Positions 37,731-50,515 of a DNA stretch of 64,000 nucleotides are shown here, one piece after another. Position numbers and translations under genes: made by a program. The notes beneath the pieces were generated by a model. That model did not search any database and was not told the DNA's origin. It was given only the letters and a program-made list of their open reading frames with translations. This DNA is from Marsupella aquatica. Lineage: Eukaryota; Plantae; Marchantiophyta. The DNA lies in assembly GCA_973895155.1 (NCBI GenBank), contig OZ316891.1, positions 30,052,331-30,116,330 on the forward strand, written 5' to 3'. The number at the start of each line of letters is the position of its first letter. Position 1 is the stretch's first letter.

Positions 37731-39408
37731 CTAGCTCAATACTCGTGCGTTGTACAAAAGTTGTTGTGTCGGCCAAGATGTCCTTAAGACAAAAGATGTC
37801 GTGTCGGCCCAAGATGTCGTTAAGAAAATAGAGGTCGTGTCCAGGGTCGTGTTGCCAATGATGTTGTTATGTAAAAGATGTCATTAAAAAAAGAAGTTGT
37901 GTCGCCAAAGAAGTCTTTATGTAAACGATGTCATCAAGTAAGAAGATGTCATTAAAACAAAGAAGTTGTGTCACCAAAGAAGTTGTTATGTGACAAATAT
38001 CGTAAGAGGATGTCAAGTAAAAATATGTCGTTAAAAAGAGTTGGGCAGGGGAGAAGGGAAGAGGGGGAGAGTGGGGCGAGGCAGGGCCATCCCGGGTAAT
38101 CGGGTTGGGGAAGGAGGGTGGTGGGAGGTTGACCGCAAGAATGCAGCAGTCTACGGTCGGCGTGCGGAGCAAGGCGGTAGGGTGGTCGCCCCACTCATAG
38201 TAGAGGCTGGCCGCACAACATTTTACTTGCCTCCGCTCAGTGCTGTCGCCGCAATCAGATGGAAGTTGACCTCAGGAGCTGGTGTGAGGGCCATTTTTGG
38301 TCTCTATTGCTTTGGTTTTTTCCATACTGAATTTCCTACACCCAAATTGGCCCTGTAAATTCAAATGACAACCATGGCAAAAAAAAGGCACAACACCTTA
38401 TTATAGTTTTTGATGTTGTCAAATGTGGTTGTCCCTTTATATATGTGTCCCAAAACCCTGTCACCCCAGCCAAGAGTGGTTTGGCCCCCAACTCCTTGTT
38501 ATCTCATCCAAATATATATTGAATTTTGCCAAGTATATTTGTTTTTATAAAATGATTTCATTCATATGAGTACCAAGGTGAATGGGTGTATACACTTTCC
38601 TTGCATTGCATGCACATCAAATGTACATTGAGGCAGGGTCAATACAAATAAGACAATGGCCTGGGAGGGATTAGATAAAAGAGTGTATTTTTGAATACTA
38701 TGATGGCATCAAAAGGAAGTACTTTACCTGCTAAAGTGATGAGGAATATCAAGAAGTATTTTGCTCCCTTCATATTTGCATTGCATGCACATCAGGTGTA
38801 CATTGAGGCAGGGTCAATACAAATAAGACAATGGCCTGGGAGGGATTAGATAAAAGAATGTATTTTTGAATACTATGATGGCATCAAAAGGAAGTACTTT
38901 ACCTGCTAAAGTGATAAGGAATATCAAGAAGTATTCTGCTCCCTTCATATTTTGCTGTGGGTTTATTTTTATTTGTTCTCTTAGCTTTGCTTTGCATATT
39001 TGATTTCTTTCACTTGGCTTGGAAATGTAAATTTTGAATGACAGATCACTTCAAAAAGTGGCGCAAGTGTGTATTATTGGAGTTAATTTGTAATTGACAT
39101 AGATTATCATGGGGGTACTTGATATGAATGTCTAGGTATGGAAAGTTCTATGTCTATGCATGGATGGTTTCCTATGCATTGATAGTACTATATTTATATG
39201 TCCAGAAAGTACTTGATTATTGTGCATTGGTATTCCTGGCATTCCCCCTTATTTCTTGATTGGAAAACGTGCACTCTTTACTTCACACTAAACATTATTC
39301 AATTTTGGTTTATTCCTTCTGTTTGTCAGATTCTTTGATTTTTGTGCCCTTAATATTCAAATGACTACCACGGCATAAAAAGGCGCAACCTTGTATTATA
39401 GTTCTTAA
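37731..39408 (-). mobile_element. Non-autonomous Helitron, same family as 15248-17071
   Basis: Plus strand a|ctagctcaatactcgtgcgttgtacaaaag is the reverse of the 3' hairpin-CTAG end. ggcataaaaaggcgcaaccttgtattatagttcttaa|t is the reverse of the 5' end. Internal aagatgtc repeats are present. Confidence 0.75.
38601..38951. repeat. 175-bp tandem duplication inside the Helitron
   Basis: ttgcattgcatgcacatca starts at 38601 and 38776; the copies are nearly identical. Confidence 0.9.
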
Positions 39409-40489
39409 TATATTCTAGCTTGTGTCCCTCGCTGGCTATGTCTGCCCTCGACTTCGGTACGTTCTGCTGAACATCCTCGGCTGTCTAGATTTTTAGTCTG
39501 TCATGTCCTCTGACTTGTGAGTGAAAGGTTTTATAAGAAGTGAAGCCAATTCTATAAACACTCTGAGATGTCTCGAAAGTCGCTAATTATAAATCATAAT
39601 TTATTAATCCAATAAATCGATAATATTGATTTTCTACATATAATTAATACGCTCATATACAAAAATCAAAAGGAAATATGACTACTGGGTACCAGGGAGG
39701 AGTCTCTTCACACAATGATTACTACTTTACAAAGAATTAGTGGGGCCCTCACTGATCGAGTGTATCTTAACAGGCTTTCAAGATCAACTTTTTACGTCTA
39801 GCTAGTACATGGTGGGCTGAGGGATAGTCGATCATCCTAGTTGTGGACCATGGAGAAAATGAGATGTCTCATTAGATACATTCTAAGTCTAGATGATGCA
39901 ACATTTGCTATGCTTTCAATTTAACTAACAAATAAAAGTCAATTTTCTGAAGATTTAGATCCGATGTCCATTTTTTCATATACAGATTGGCTATGGCATA
40001 TATTCATCCATTCCAAGCTTTGATAGTTGTGACGCACAATCCAAGCTTTCTTGTAGCATCATTTACCGCACTCGCAGATATCAATTTGAGATCGAAATAA
40101 TTCCACTGTAGAGAAAAGGTACTCGGTGAAGATTCACAATTAACAGCAATCGAACTCAACTTGAGGTAGCTATTATAAAATCCACTTGGATTGGTCGAAT
40201 ATAGTAAATATAATATAAAGTACAATGCTACAAAGTTCAACGGTTTAGACATGAATTAACATAGAGAAAATACTCAACAGTCGACTTCAATCCGATACAT
40301 ATATAAGCACTCAGGTACTGCACTACTGGAGCTAAACTCTCTAAATACAGGGGGTGCCAATTTAGTACCCGGGCCAATCACCTATACTGATCCACTCCTT
40401 TGGGTGATAAGGCTACGTTTAGCGGCAAAATACCAACAAGATGGCCTGCTAGGAGCATGTTTGCAGCGCGCGCGCACGTATCATATCAG

Positions 40490-41604
40490 TCAAAGCTGAA
40501 CAGTACCCATAAATGGTTGGAAAAGGCTTAGCCCATCAGACAAATCTCCAGAGTCTGGCACTTTCTCCCACAGAACCTCTTTTTTCTCACTGCTAAAACC
40601 TTTGCTTTGAATCATGCTTGACTGGTAGGAAGCTGCGTTATTAGTCCATTGCACTGCTGCTACAAGCTCATTACTCGCATGAACGGTAAGCGTTGTCTGC
40701 ACATCCAATTGGTGATTCTCTCCAAGGCCAACCCAGGACATTGAATGTTGCTGTCTCCATGAATTGGTGCCCATGTCATAAACATGGACGCCAAGGATAT
40801 TCATGGAATAGAGATTCCCTTGAAAAGTGAACACATTTCCATTTTCTACGTCAGCAGGTAGGTTTACAGCTCTCCAAGCATCCGTAGCTGGATGATAAAT
40901 CTGCCAAGAGGCCGAGGAAGCTGTTTCTCCATGTCCGCCACGCAATAGAAACTCCTCTCCCATTGTCAGAACTTGATTAAAAACCTGCCCATGATTCATG
41001 GCCTTTATTAAGGACCACGTGTTGTACTTGGGGTCGTACATCTCTGATGAAGATGTAGGTGTTCCTTCGTGAGAGATTCCCCCAAACACATAAATTTTGC
41101 CACTTAGCACACCACATCCAAAGAATCGTCTGCCTTCTAGCATATCTGCAAGCTTTCTCCACTCCTCTGCCCGGCCCTCAGATCCAGTATATAAAGACTT
41201 TTGGCGACAGCCACCTTGAAGCCCGACAGTTCACAAGGTCCTCCCAACGCAAATATCTTCCCATCCAATGGAATGACTTGCCACGACCGTGGGAGTACAG
41301 TTTCGAAATCTGGGATCGGAGGAAGGTTACGGAAAGTCTTCTCTCGGGTGGAATACAGAGAAATGCTGTTTTCTCCTTGATCAACGCGGTCAGGAATAAC
41401 TACTAGTGTCTCCGTTGACTGCGACCCAACTCTTGTATCGTGCACCAGTCCACTTTGAATTGCCTTTCGCCAACTAGTGCTTACTCCAGATAAAACTGAA
41501 AGCATTTCCCACGGCAACTTTGTAGCAATGTCGCTTAAGCTCACGTCATTTGGAAGACCAGGAAGCAGCTCGTCAAGCAATGGAAAGACATCCTTGGATT
41601 CCAT
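40490..41604 (-). pseudogene. F-box/Kelch duplicate with a 1-bp frameshift
   Basis: Near-identical to 30378-31493 but lacks one G (ccactcc-tctgccc vs ccactccgtctgccc) at 41165/41166, which splits it into two ORFs. Confidence 0.88.
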
Positions 41605-44600
41605 AACGAATGAATACACAAGGAATGAAATTTGCAAGTTGATTCCCAACGACAATTCCTGATGGACCTTCTATTGTAGACTGTTTGTCAAGACTTAAGA
41701 CTTGGATAAATTTCGAGTCTTGGATCGGAACTTAACAATATGTCTGCAGGACGCGAATAACTTTCAATAATAGACAAACGTAAAATGAGAAGAATGACTA
41801 AAGCAACAACCTCCTCTGTATCCTAAGCAGGGAAGCTAGAGAAAGGCAGAGAGAGAGTGATCGATCTGTGGAGAAGTGATGGGCCCCAGCCCCTTAAATA
41901 GGTAAGTAGCCGAAGATGTTGAAGGGTTACTGATCGATGACAAAAATGAAGCCTCACTGATTAAAGACTATGTACCGAAGATTCTCCATTCTATTAATTA
42001 GTCCCGGCAAAACGCCTAGTACGTCTTTCATTTTGATATTCACGATTGCGCGGCACGTAGGGCCGGGAAAGGACTAACCCTCGCATCCAAACATATGCCT
42101 TACCACATACACTAGGTTGTCCCGGCCACCTTGCTAGTCTCATGTTAGTAGTCAATCAGATCGACATGATTGCAGCCCTTGTGTGCCTCACATCCAAACA
42201 ACTTGACGTCGCTGGCTTAATTATTAACCGATCGAATCATGAACGGAAGGAAGGAAATGTTGCCGGCTTGGCTTTCTCGCTGCGCTTCCTTAATTTCCCC
42301 TATGTTTCGATCAGCCTACAGATCGAAGGAAGGATGGATGTAATATTGTTTGAATATATAAAGTCAAAACCTGAGAGGAGATATTGTCCTGAGTAACTGT
42401 ATTTTTTACTTTTCATCTAGAATGCATGTTACACTGACTAATGACTGACGAGTTGAGGAAGGACGTTGTCATGAATCATGGGATCACTGAAGAATACATG
42501 ACTGATCGAAGAGTGTACGAAGGAGAGGTGATGAATGACCTGGGATTGCTAGCGAGGGAACCCGATCATTTGAGACGAACACGGACTGACTTGAGACGTG
42601 ATGCGTTTATCAATGTATATAAGGCGATAAGTTGACGTCTAGAGCAAGAGCTCTCCAGGCCATTCCTGCAGACGTCTGGGTATTTAATTGCTTGCTGAGG
42701 GTGCTTTCAAGTAGCGGAGTACGTATTTGAAGCTACTACTCTACCCAAGAGCTAGTAGTGCCTTGTATTCTATCAAAAGGCGATTTGTTTAGACTTTTGT
42801 GTTCAATTAATCGCAACGGGTTCAATCGTGAAATAGAGATCAGCACCAAGGAGCAGCCGGTCGGAGATTGGGATCGAAGCTTCTTAAAAGCGCGCGCAGA
42901 AATAGCAATTTGCTTGGTCCCTTCTTTTATAAACGCGAGAAATTAAGGTACATGATTGATCAATATGGAGAGTCGGAACTCTAGCGAATATATAATACTG
43001 GCAAATCTCCTCAAGAATGGTCTCGCCTGCCTTTGAAGTCTAGCAGTATGGAGACAGCATGCACGGCGGATCTTCGAGAACGCAGAGAGCGCAAAGACTG
43101 GTTTCGTTGTGGAGTGCGGCATCTCTGGAGACTCGTCAGCACCGTTTTTCCAACTTCGTGACTCCCCGAGGACTCCAGTTGTGACACTAGTGCAATTGAA
43201 TCTGGGCATCCCAGGTTTTCTTCGTACGTCAATAAGAGGGTAATTCAACCGGATGTCAAAAAGAAGCTAGTCGTGTTCACAGTGAACAAGAAGTTACCCA
43301 ACAGGAAAGCCCTGATGTTTGAGCTGACAATGTCCAAGAAGAAATCATCCCATCACAGGAAAACTTTCCTGCTTTGCACAGATGACTTTTGAGAAATGCA
43401 CCGTCATCTCATGCACAGAGGTGAAAAGGTAAAATGCACTTAAGAATGGTGTGGAAATTATATTTACACCGAATCTAAGTGCAGAAATCTCCCATAGTGA
43501 CTTTGCACCAGTATCGGCTTTTAACTTGTCGAGCTTTACGTGCAAAACCCTGCGGAAGTTAAAACAAAGTGCAAATCTTGAGAAGGGAGGAGTAGTACGA
43601 ACGTGACAGAGTTCAATAAGAAAATCGAACTGCATGTGTACATTGACACATGACAGGAATATGACTGAAGAGATTTCTTGTAATTAAGCTTGGCAAAACT
43701 TTGGGACTTTTGAGAGCAGATTAATTCTAATTACTGGAGGCGAGGATGGCAGAGAAACCACGGCCGCCTCTATAACTTTGTACCTGTACCAATCAACATA
43801 TCGATAGTCTTTAAAGCAACTGTAAGTTCTTAAAGCTAATTCACATACAGTCTTCCCTTGTCGTTGTCGTCGAGATTCAGCCATTGTGGTGGATCCTTAT
43901 CAGGGAAAGTAGCACTCAGATCCATTGGCGAAATTCAGTGGACAGATAAATTCACACAACAGCACCTCTAGGGTCGCCCGGGTATCACAAAACTTTTGTG
44001 GGTGAACCGGCTACATACTCAAGTACGTGGCTGGTTGAGATGTTTGCGCAGGTACTCTGCTTCATCGAAAGGCCACTGATAGTCAGTAACTTGCTGAAAG
44101 AATTGTAAACAGCTGAATTTTACATGATTGAGCATGAACGAAGGCTTGAACTATATACCATGAGATGATCTAGCAGGTTTCAAAACATACTGAAGCGCTT
44201 CCCTCTATTTAATTGCTAATTGCTCTGAAACACATGCAGATTATACAAAGGAGGGATAACTTGTATCCTCTACAAAGAAAATTCACTGATACAACTACAA
44301 GTGACCTTCCTCCAAACTGGTATGATCGAGAAGCCTGAGAACTAAGCATCTAGCGCATAAGAATTTTGCTTTGCATCACTGGCCTCCTGGTGGGATAGCA
44401 AGCCTAATTAAGATTCAGGATAAATAGAATTTACTAACTAGCTACAATGGCACACTTATTCAAAGACTAAAGCACAACGGTGAGAAACCCCCTGTATTGA
44501 TCAGGGAGGCATTAAGAAGAAGAGACTGACCTCACATATGTAAGAGATCAACCGCTGTATAATTCATTCGAAGCAACTCCTTTCTATTTTTCTCATGTTG

Positions 44601-44993
44601 ATATGCTTCTGCTCTGCCGCACTGCAAATTAAGAAGTGTACAGCATCATCTCACGTCATTGTAGAATTATTGACATACTATGCAAAGTGAAATTATTTTT
44701 CATGTGCTTACCACCTACTAAACTCCTATCAACCTGTGACTCCTTCAATTTCACCACAAAGAACTCAAGACAAATTCTTTAAGACAGTAGCTAAAATGGA
44801 TGTGACCCAGGAAGTAACTCACCTGCCAGTGGCCTCAAATTGATTAGCTTTGTAATATCTGTCATGATCAGGTATGTGGAGCCTCCTTGGTCTCACAAGC
44901 TTGGGTCCTGGCTTCTGAGCAAGAAGTGGATCAAAATCTATTCTGGAATCACTCTATTATTGCAAGAAGAGTGTGGATATGACCCATGCCTAG

Positions 44994-47717
44994 CTAGCAC
45001 TCTCCTATCAGATATCTTGATTTATTGTACAAACCAGGTTGTCTAGGGGGAGCTTTTAACTGGTCCCGTTTCAAAAACAAACTGCTGGTCCAATTTTTTG
45101 GTGCTTTCCATCTCATGGTGGTGGACCCTCTCAAATCTATTTTTGAAAACAAGGTAGGGTCCAGAACTGTCATAATGTTTTGCCACAGCAAAGTAAAAAC
45201 TTCATCTGGAGAAAATACCTTGAAGAACTCATGCTCACTAACCTCATAAGCACTTGATTGATCAGGAGCTAGCCAAAGTACTTCTACTTTCCTATCTCTA
45301 TTTTGCAGTTCAATATTTTCTGCATCATAGTGAACCTTAACGATGTATGCCAAATAGAAATTTGCATGAGGTCCACTAGCAGTTAGTGAAACAATGACAA
45401 CATCGTTGCACAAAGGCCATGGAGGGCAACACCCAGGTTTCCCAGGCACTAACAAATGCGTTCGGAGAACAGCATCTTGAAACTCAAATGCCACAATTGC
45501 TTTTTTACCTCTAGGTTCTTGTTTTGTTGGGTGTGAAATGAATCTATGCCTAAGGCTAAACACTGGAAAGACCTTACTTCCAAGGCTTTCACTTGGGTCA
45601 TCCAGAAGCAAATTCATGTCTGTATTATCTGTTTTGAACAACACTTCCTCACCACCATCCCCTTCTATGGACACCTCAGTATAGCAACAGGCCTCAAAAA
45701 AAATCTGGTAGTGACTGTCAAATGCATGGATGAAAAAAGATTTAATTCTACATTTCAACAATGGCCTCTCCTTGTTGCTATTCTCAACCACTGCAAGGTC
45801 ATTCTTCCTGTAGTGCACTCCATCAACAACAACCCCTCGAATAATCTCAATTCGAGGCCTGAACAGGTAGTCATTAGTAAGGTTCAGAACATTTTCAGCC
45901 ACCCAATGTGACCTAAGATGTTGTGAAATCTCTCCATCTGGAAATATATCAACCTCCAAACCTTCGTTTGGCCCTATGCCAATTCCTTTGGCTACAACCT
46001 GTATGCAAGAAGAGTCAAAGCGACCCATATATTGCACCAAGGTCCACAACTGAGTTGCTTTCTCTATACTAGTCACCATAGACACCTTGTTTTTGTACAA
46101 TGTGGGACTCAGAAAATCTCCCACTGCAAGTCCAACTATACGTGGATACAAAGAGCACTGTAATATATGCAACGTTCTCTGGTCCCTGTGGAGTCCATCT
46201 TTGTCTTGCTGCAATTGAAAAAAAAATTCTGAAAATTGTTGACGGCAAAAGTATTGTGCAAAACTCATTTCACTCGATTTACTGTTTGTAGTGATGTTGT
46301 TGTATCCACTAACCATACGCTCGAAGCCATAACACCAGAATATATCATGATGGCCATGTCGAACTATGTCGTCCAAAATTTCACCATTCCCTGGAAAACC
46401 AGGCAAGTACTTACATCAATGGCAACTACAACAGTCACAAAGTCTAAAGTAAAAGCTACACATCAGTATTTAAAAGTTCAAATGGATCATTCAATAATAT
46501 TTAGTTCAAAATAAATTTATGGTATTATTAACTTTATAGTAGAAACAGTGTTCTTACATACCAGTGACATGCTCCACTATTCGCCCAGTTGGGCCATATG
46601 CTTCTTCTGTAAGCACTCTCCAAGCAGAAAGATGAAGTCTTGCATTCTGAAGCATATCAATTGTCCATCCATGTTTTCTTGAAACAAGAAAAAACATTCT
46701 GCTCAAGCGAATGAGAATTGCACCTTCTGCACCAAGGGGAGTGGCAAGAGTGTGCCCCAATTCTTCCAAGATAGGAGCCGCACAGTACATTGTGAATAAT
46801 AAGTGTTCCTCTGCTTTATAATTGGAAAACTTCCATTTTGATCCCATACCTAGTACATTTTTCACGTACAGAGGAGGACGTGGCCAGCAAGCCCCTAGTC
46901 CAATTGGCGGATTGTTAGTTACAATCTGTAAGACCTTCATCAGCTTCTTCACCTCCGCAGCATTACAAGATTGTAACAAACTGTCATTATAAGTTTTGAA
47001 CACCCCAAGTGCCAAGCAATGCATTGGATCATTGACTAAATCAAGTGATATGTCAAATCCATGAGTATCATATAAGGACCACATATCTGAATAGTGTGAC
47101 AAACCACTCTGTCTCTTGTACTCTGTTTTCTGTTCTTCATTGGTAGCTTCTCTCAAGCATTTGCCAAAATAATACATGCCTTCTACATCCCTTTTGATTG
47201 GTGGGAATCGAACCTGCTTTCTGTTTTGACTGTAAACTACTACTTTTTTCTTTCCTTTATTTGACAGAATGCTTTCTGAATACAAGAGATCACGTCTACA
47301 GCCATTGTATCCCATCAATAAAGTACCTCCAATCTTACTTTGGGCTGGCCCATCACCAGTCCACAGCATGGGTATTACTCGAACAATTATGTGCCTGTCC
47401 CTATTATTTGGCATGAGTGAAGGCACAGGATAATCTAACTTCACAGGGAAGCCATTGACAAAACTATTTTGAAAGTCAGCCCACAGGGGTTTCAGAAAAG
47501 CTTGTAACAAGTGATGTTCTTTTTTTCTTTGTAATAACTTAGAGGACATAGGAATAAAAAGTAGAGGAATAGGCCTTGCAATTTTTGAATCAGGTAATAC
47601 TCTTTTCCCACCATTCAGGATAGTAATTTCCACTGTCCAGCAATCCTTTTGAACAGTGGTTGCAGCTTGAAAGCCATCCCAATGTCCCATCACAACTATG
47701 TTAAATGGTGAACCCAT
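44994..47717 (-). CDS. CACTA/CMC-superfamily-like DDE transposase, two exons (47717-46562, 46390-44994), N-terminus probably damaged or missing
   Basis: Motifs PFNIVVMGHWDGF (first D), WTGDGPAQSKIGG...GYNGCRR, DPMHCLALGVFK and, after an in-frame GT..AG intron (46561-46391), HVTGNGEILDDIVRHGHHDIFWCYGFER (En/Spm HxxxxIxxHGPxxxxWMYxFER, catalytic E). The C-terminal part has DGVHYRKNDLAVV...RIKSFF, a BAH-like region seen in such transposases. Confidence 0.85.
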
Positions 47718-47975
47718 GAGCTCCGCTTGTGTAACATGGATTCCTTGAGTAGTGCAAGGTGCGTTGGCTTGACATACGTGTGTGATCGGATCGGTGCAGG
47801 ATCGATGGGGTATTGTTGACCGAGATCGTTGTGCCGATTGTATGGAGATTATTGTGGGTTTTGGACATGTGTGGACATGAGTTCCACTTGTATTCCATTC
47901 TCTTGTATTTGTGATGTGGCAGTGTGACTATGTCTGGATGTATGTGACAAGCGATGTATGTTGTGTAGCGAGGAG

Positions 47976-48245
47976 ATTTTAATATTTGTTGTGCCAAGGA
48001 GATACGAGGAGGCAAGATGTGGAAGGGGAGACCCCTTAAAACTGAAAAAGGAGGAGGGGTGTTGACCAAGTTAAGGAGAAGGGGGGATGCACATGGATGG
48101 GAGTTGGTGTCTTCCAAAATTTTAATATTTGTTGTGCCAAGGAGATACGAGGATGCAAGATGTGGAAGGGGAGACCCCTTAAAACTGAAAAAGGAGGAGG
48201 GGTGTTGACCAAGTTAAGGAGAAGGGGGGATGCACATGGATGGGA
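47976..48245. repeat. 143-bp tandem duplication just upstream of the transposase frame
   Basis: aatatttgttgtgccaaggagatacgagga starts at 47981 and 48124. Confidence 0.9.
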
Positions 48246-49899
48246 AGACAGGGAGGGGGAGCTCAATGGATGACAAAAGGGGAACAACCTCCTTTACACA
48301 ATGACATCTTTTATTATCGACTTCTTTTCCAACCTACATCTTGATGGCTGATGATAAGAATTATATAACAAATGTTGTCAAAAATTTAAATCTCAGCTAA
48401 GATTTTCCCTTCAAGTGCTAGCAACGTGCACTTAATGGTCGTTCCTTCTGCTAAGTTTTCAATAAGGGAAATGAACAAAAACGTTTTAATTTGCACTTGG
48501 GCAATTTCCGCCCCTCTTCATTTGAGTCCTAGTTGGCTGGCCCACTCTCTCGAGTGTTTCAAGGGTGGGAGAGAGTATCGGTAACTAACTACAAAAAACA
48601 GTAAGATAGACAGTAATCAGTGATTTTCCTAAGATGATTTCACTTAAATATGCTGATTTTCCTAAGCTGACCTTAGCGGCACTTAACCATAAGTTTTACT
48701 CCAGTTAACTTATTTAACCACTTTCTATCTTGGGGGGAGTACTAACAAGTTGTTAACCCTTCTACCCTCTGTCAACAATGTTATAATGGATAGGGCAATT
48801 GTAGAAGAACCCTATGTACACCCTAACCTAAACCACTTGTAGAAGAACCCCATTTAACCCTAAACCTACCCCTTTCCCCTTAGTTACCACATCAACCAAC
48901 TTTTGTAATTTTTGGCATCAAACCAATTTTTAGTTTTGGTAGAGCCCAATTGGTAGAAAAATGGCCGGAAAACTAAAGCTCATGTTACTAAGAAATCCCA
49001 ACTAGACCCACATACTGGTTCCCCAAATTGCGCAGTTAGAACTACCAAATTCTAAAGAAAAATGAACAAGTATGTAATGAAGGGTTTAGGGTCCATTTTC
49101 AATGCATGAGATCCATGTGCTTTCTCATGTAGAAAGAATGGAGGTTTGGTCATTTAGTACTCATTCTGTAAGGTTTAGTCTTGGATATGGTTGACATGCA
49201 TAATTAATTACCTTTGGATGCTCAGGGCTTATCAATTGTGAGTGAATCTTTCCTGAATGAGTCATGTTTTAAGTTTTTCCATGACAAGGTACCTCAATGC
49301 ATTGGGACAAGTCATGGTTTGGGTTTTGCCATCATAAAGTATACGGATGCATGTGGGCTAGTTATGGTTTAAGTTTTGACATCACAAGGGTACCCACACA
49401 TTTGGGACATGCAAGTCATAATTTAAATTTGTCATTACAAAGTATCCAATATAGGCAACCTAAGAGTAATTTTTTAAGGGGTTAAGGGTTGGTCTAAGTT
49501 AGTGAAGGTACGTAGAGGCATTACTACATGCCACCAAACTACAGGTCTAGTTCTGCTATATTGGCACACTCAACAAGTTTGGTTTAAATTTTTCCAATAT
49601 GGGTTATACTAACCAATGATAGTAAATCAATGAAGGTTACCTTATGACAACACTAATAGTAAACCAATGATGTGTATTATTGAAGTTTCTAAATTCTATG
49701 AGTAAACCAATGATGTTTATTATTGAAGTTTCTAAATTCTATGAATCGCTTGGAGTCAATTCATTTGATAGTGTTTGGAAACCCGAAGCATAAGCCCCCC
49801 ACCCCCTGAAGATGTAATTAACCCCCCACCCTTGACACATAACCCCCTAAACCCCCTTTAGTGACCCCACCCCTTTGAGACCTAACGGCCCACCCTTCA

Positions 49900-50514
49900 C
49901 TTATAAACCCCCTTTAGTGGTTTCTATTAGTGAAAATTGAAGCTTTGGTTAAAGATTATGGATTTTTAGTGTTTGTAGGTAAGTGTGAACATGAGAGATT
50001 TGGCAAACCCCTCTTATTACAAGGGGAACATACAAATCCTCTAAGATTGTCTTTTTTGGAAGCTCATATGGTATTGGAGTGATTTTCAAGCTAGTTGTGA
50101 GGTCCAAGTGATCCTCAAGTGCCATTGCCTAGCACTTGTAAGGTTGTATGAGGACCCTTCTATATATACCAATATGCACAACACTATTACATTTGCCACT
50201 CCAACAACATTTAATCCCGCATTTAATTTCTGGTCATTGGACCCTAAACTGTCCACTTGCTTCAACATTTAAAATCTAATGATTGTGCACTCTATTGGCC
50301 CCAACCTCAAGTTCATTTGAAAGGTATGGATGAGCACTTTGATTCTATGTTAGTGGTACTCAATAATAAATTCATTTGATTGACATCCATGACCACTGAT
50401 TTCAAACATTGCACATTTTTAATTTAGTCACTGATTTCTTCTCACCCAACTCTTTGCGGTTTTGTATGTGATCCCAAGATAAAAATTTTGATGTAAAATT
50501 TCTTTTGATTTCAG
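49900..50514 (+). promoter_or_regulatory. Putative promoter, non-coding exon and 5'UTR intron (49979-50514) of the glycosylase-like gene
   Basis: TATAAA at ~49902-49907, strong donor AG|GTAAGT at 49979, and pyrimidine-rich acceptor tcttttgatttCAG at 50514, one base before the ATG. Confidence 0.55.
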
Positions 50515-50515
50515 G

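Larger units (their letters stand above)
35443..43352. repeat. Segmental duplication unit 2, with extra sequence (~35791-36655 and ~36845-39480) absent from unit 1
   Basis: Collinear matches to 28658-33262, interrupted by blocks that unit 1 lacks. Confidence 0.88.
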
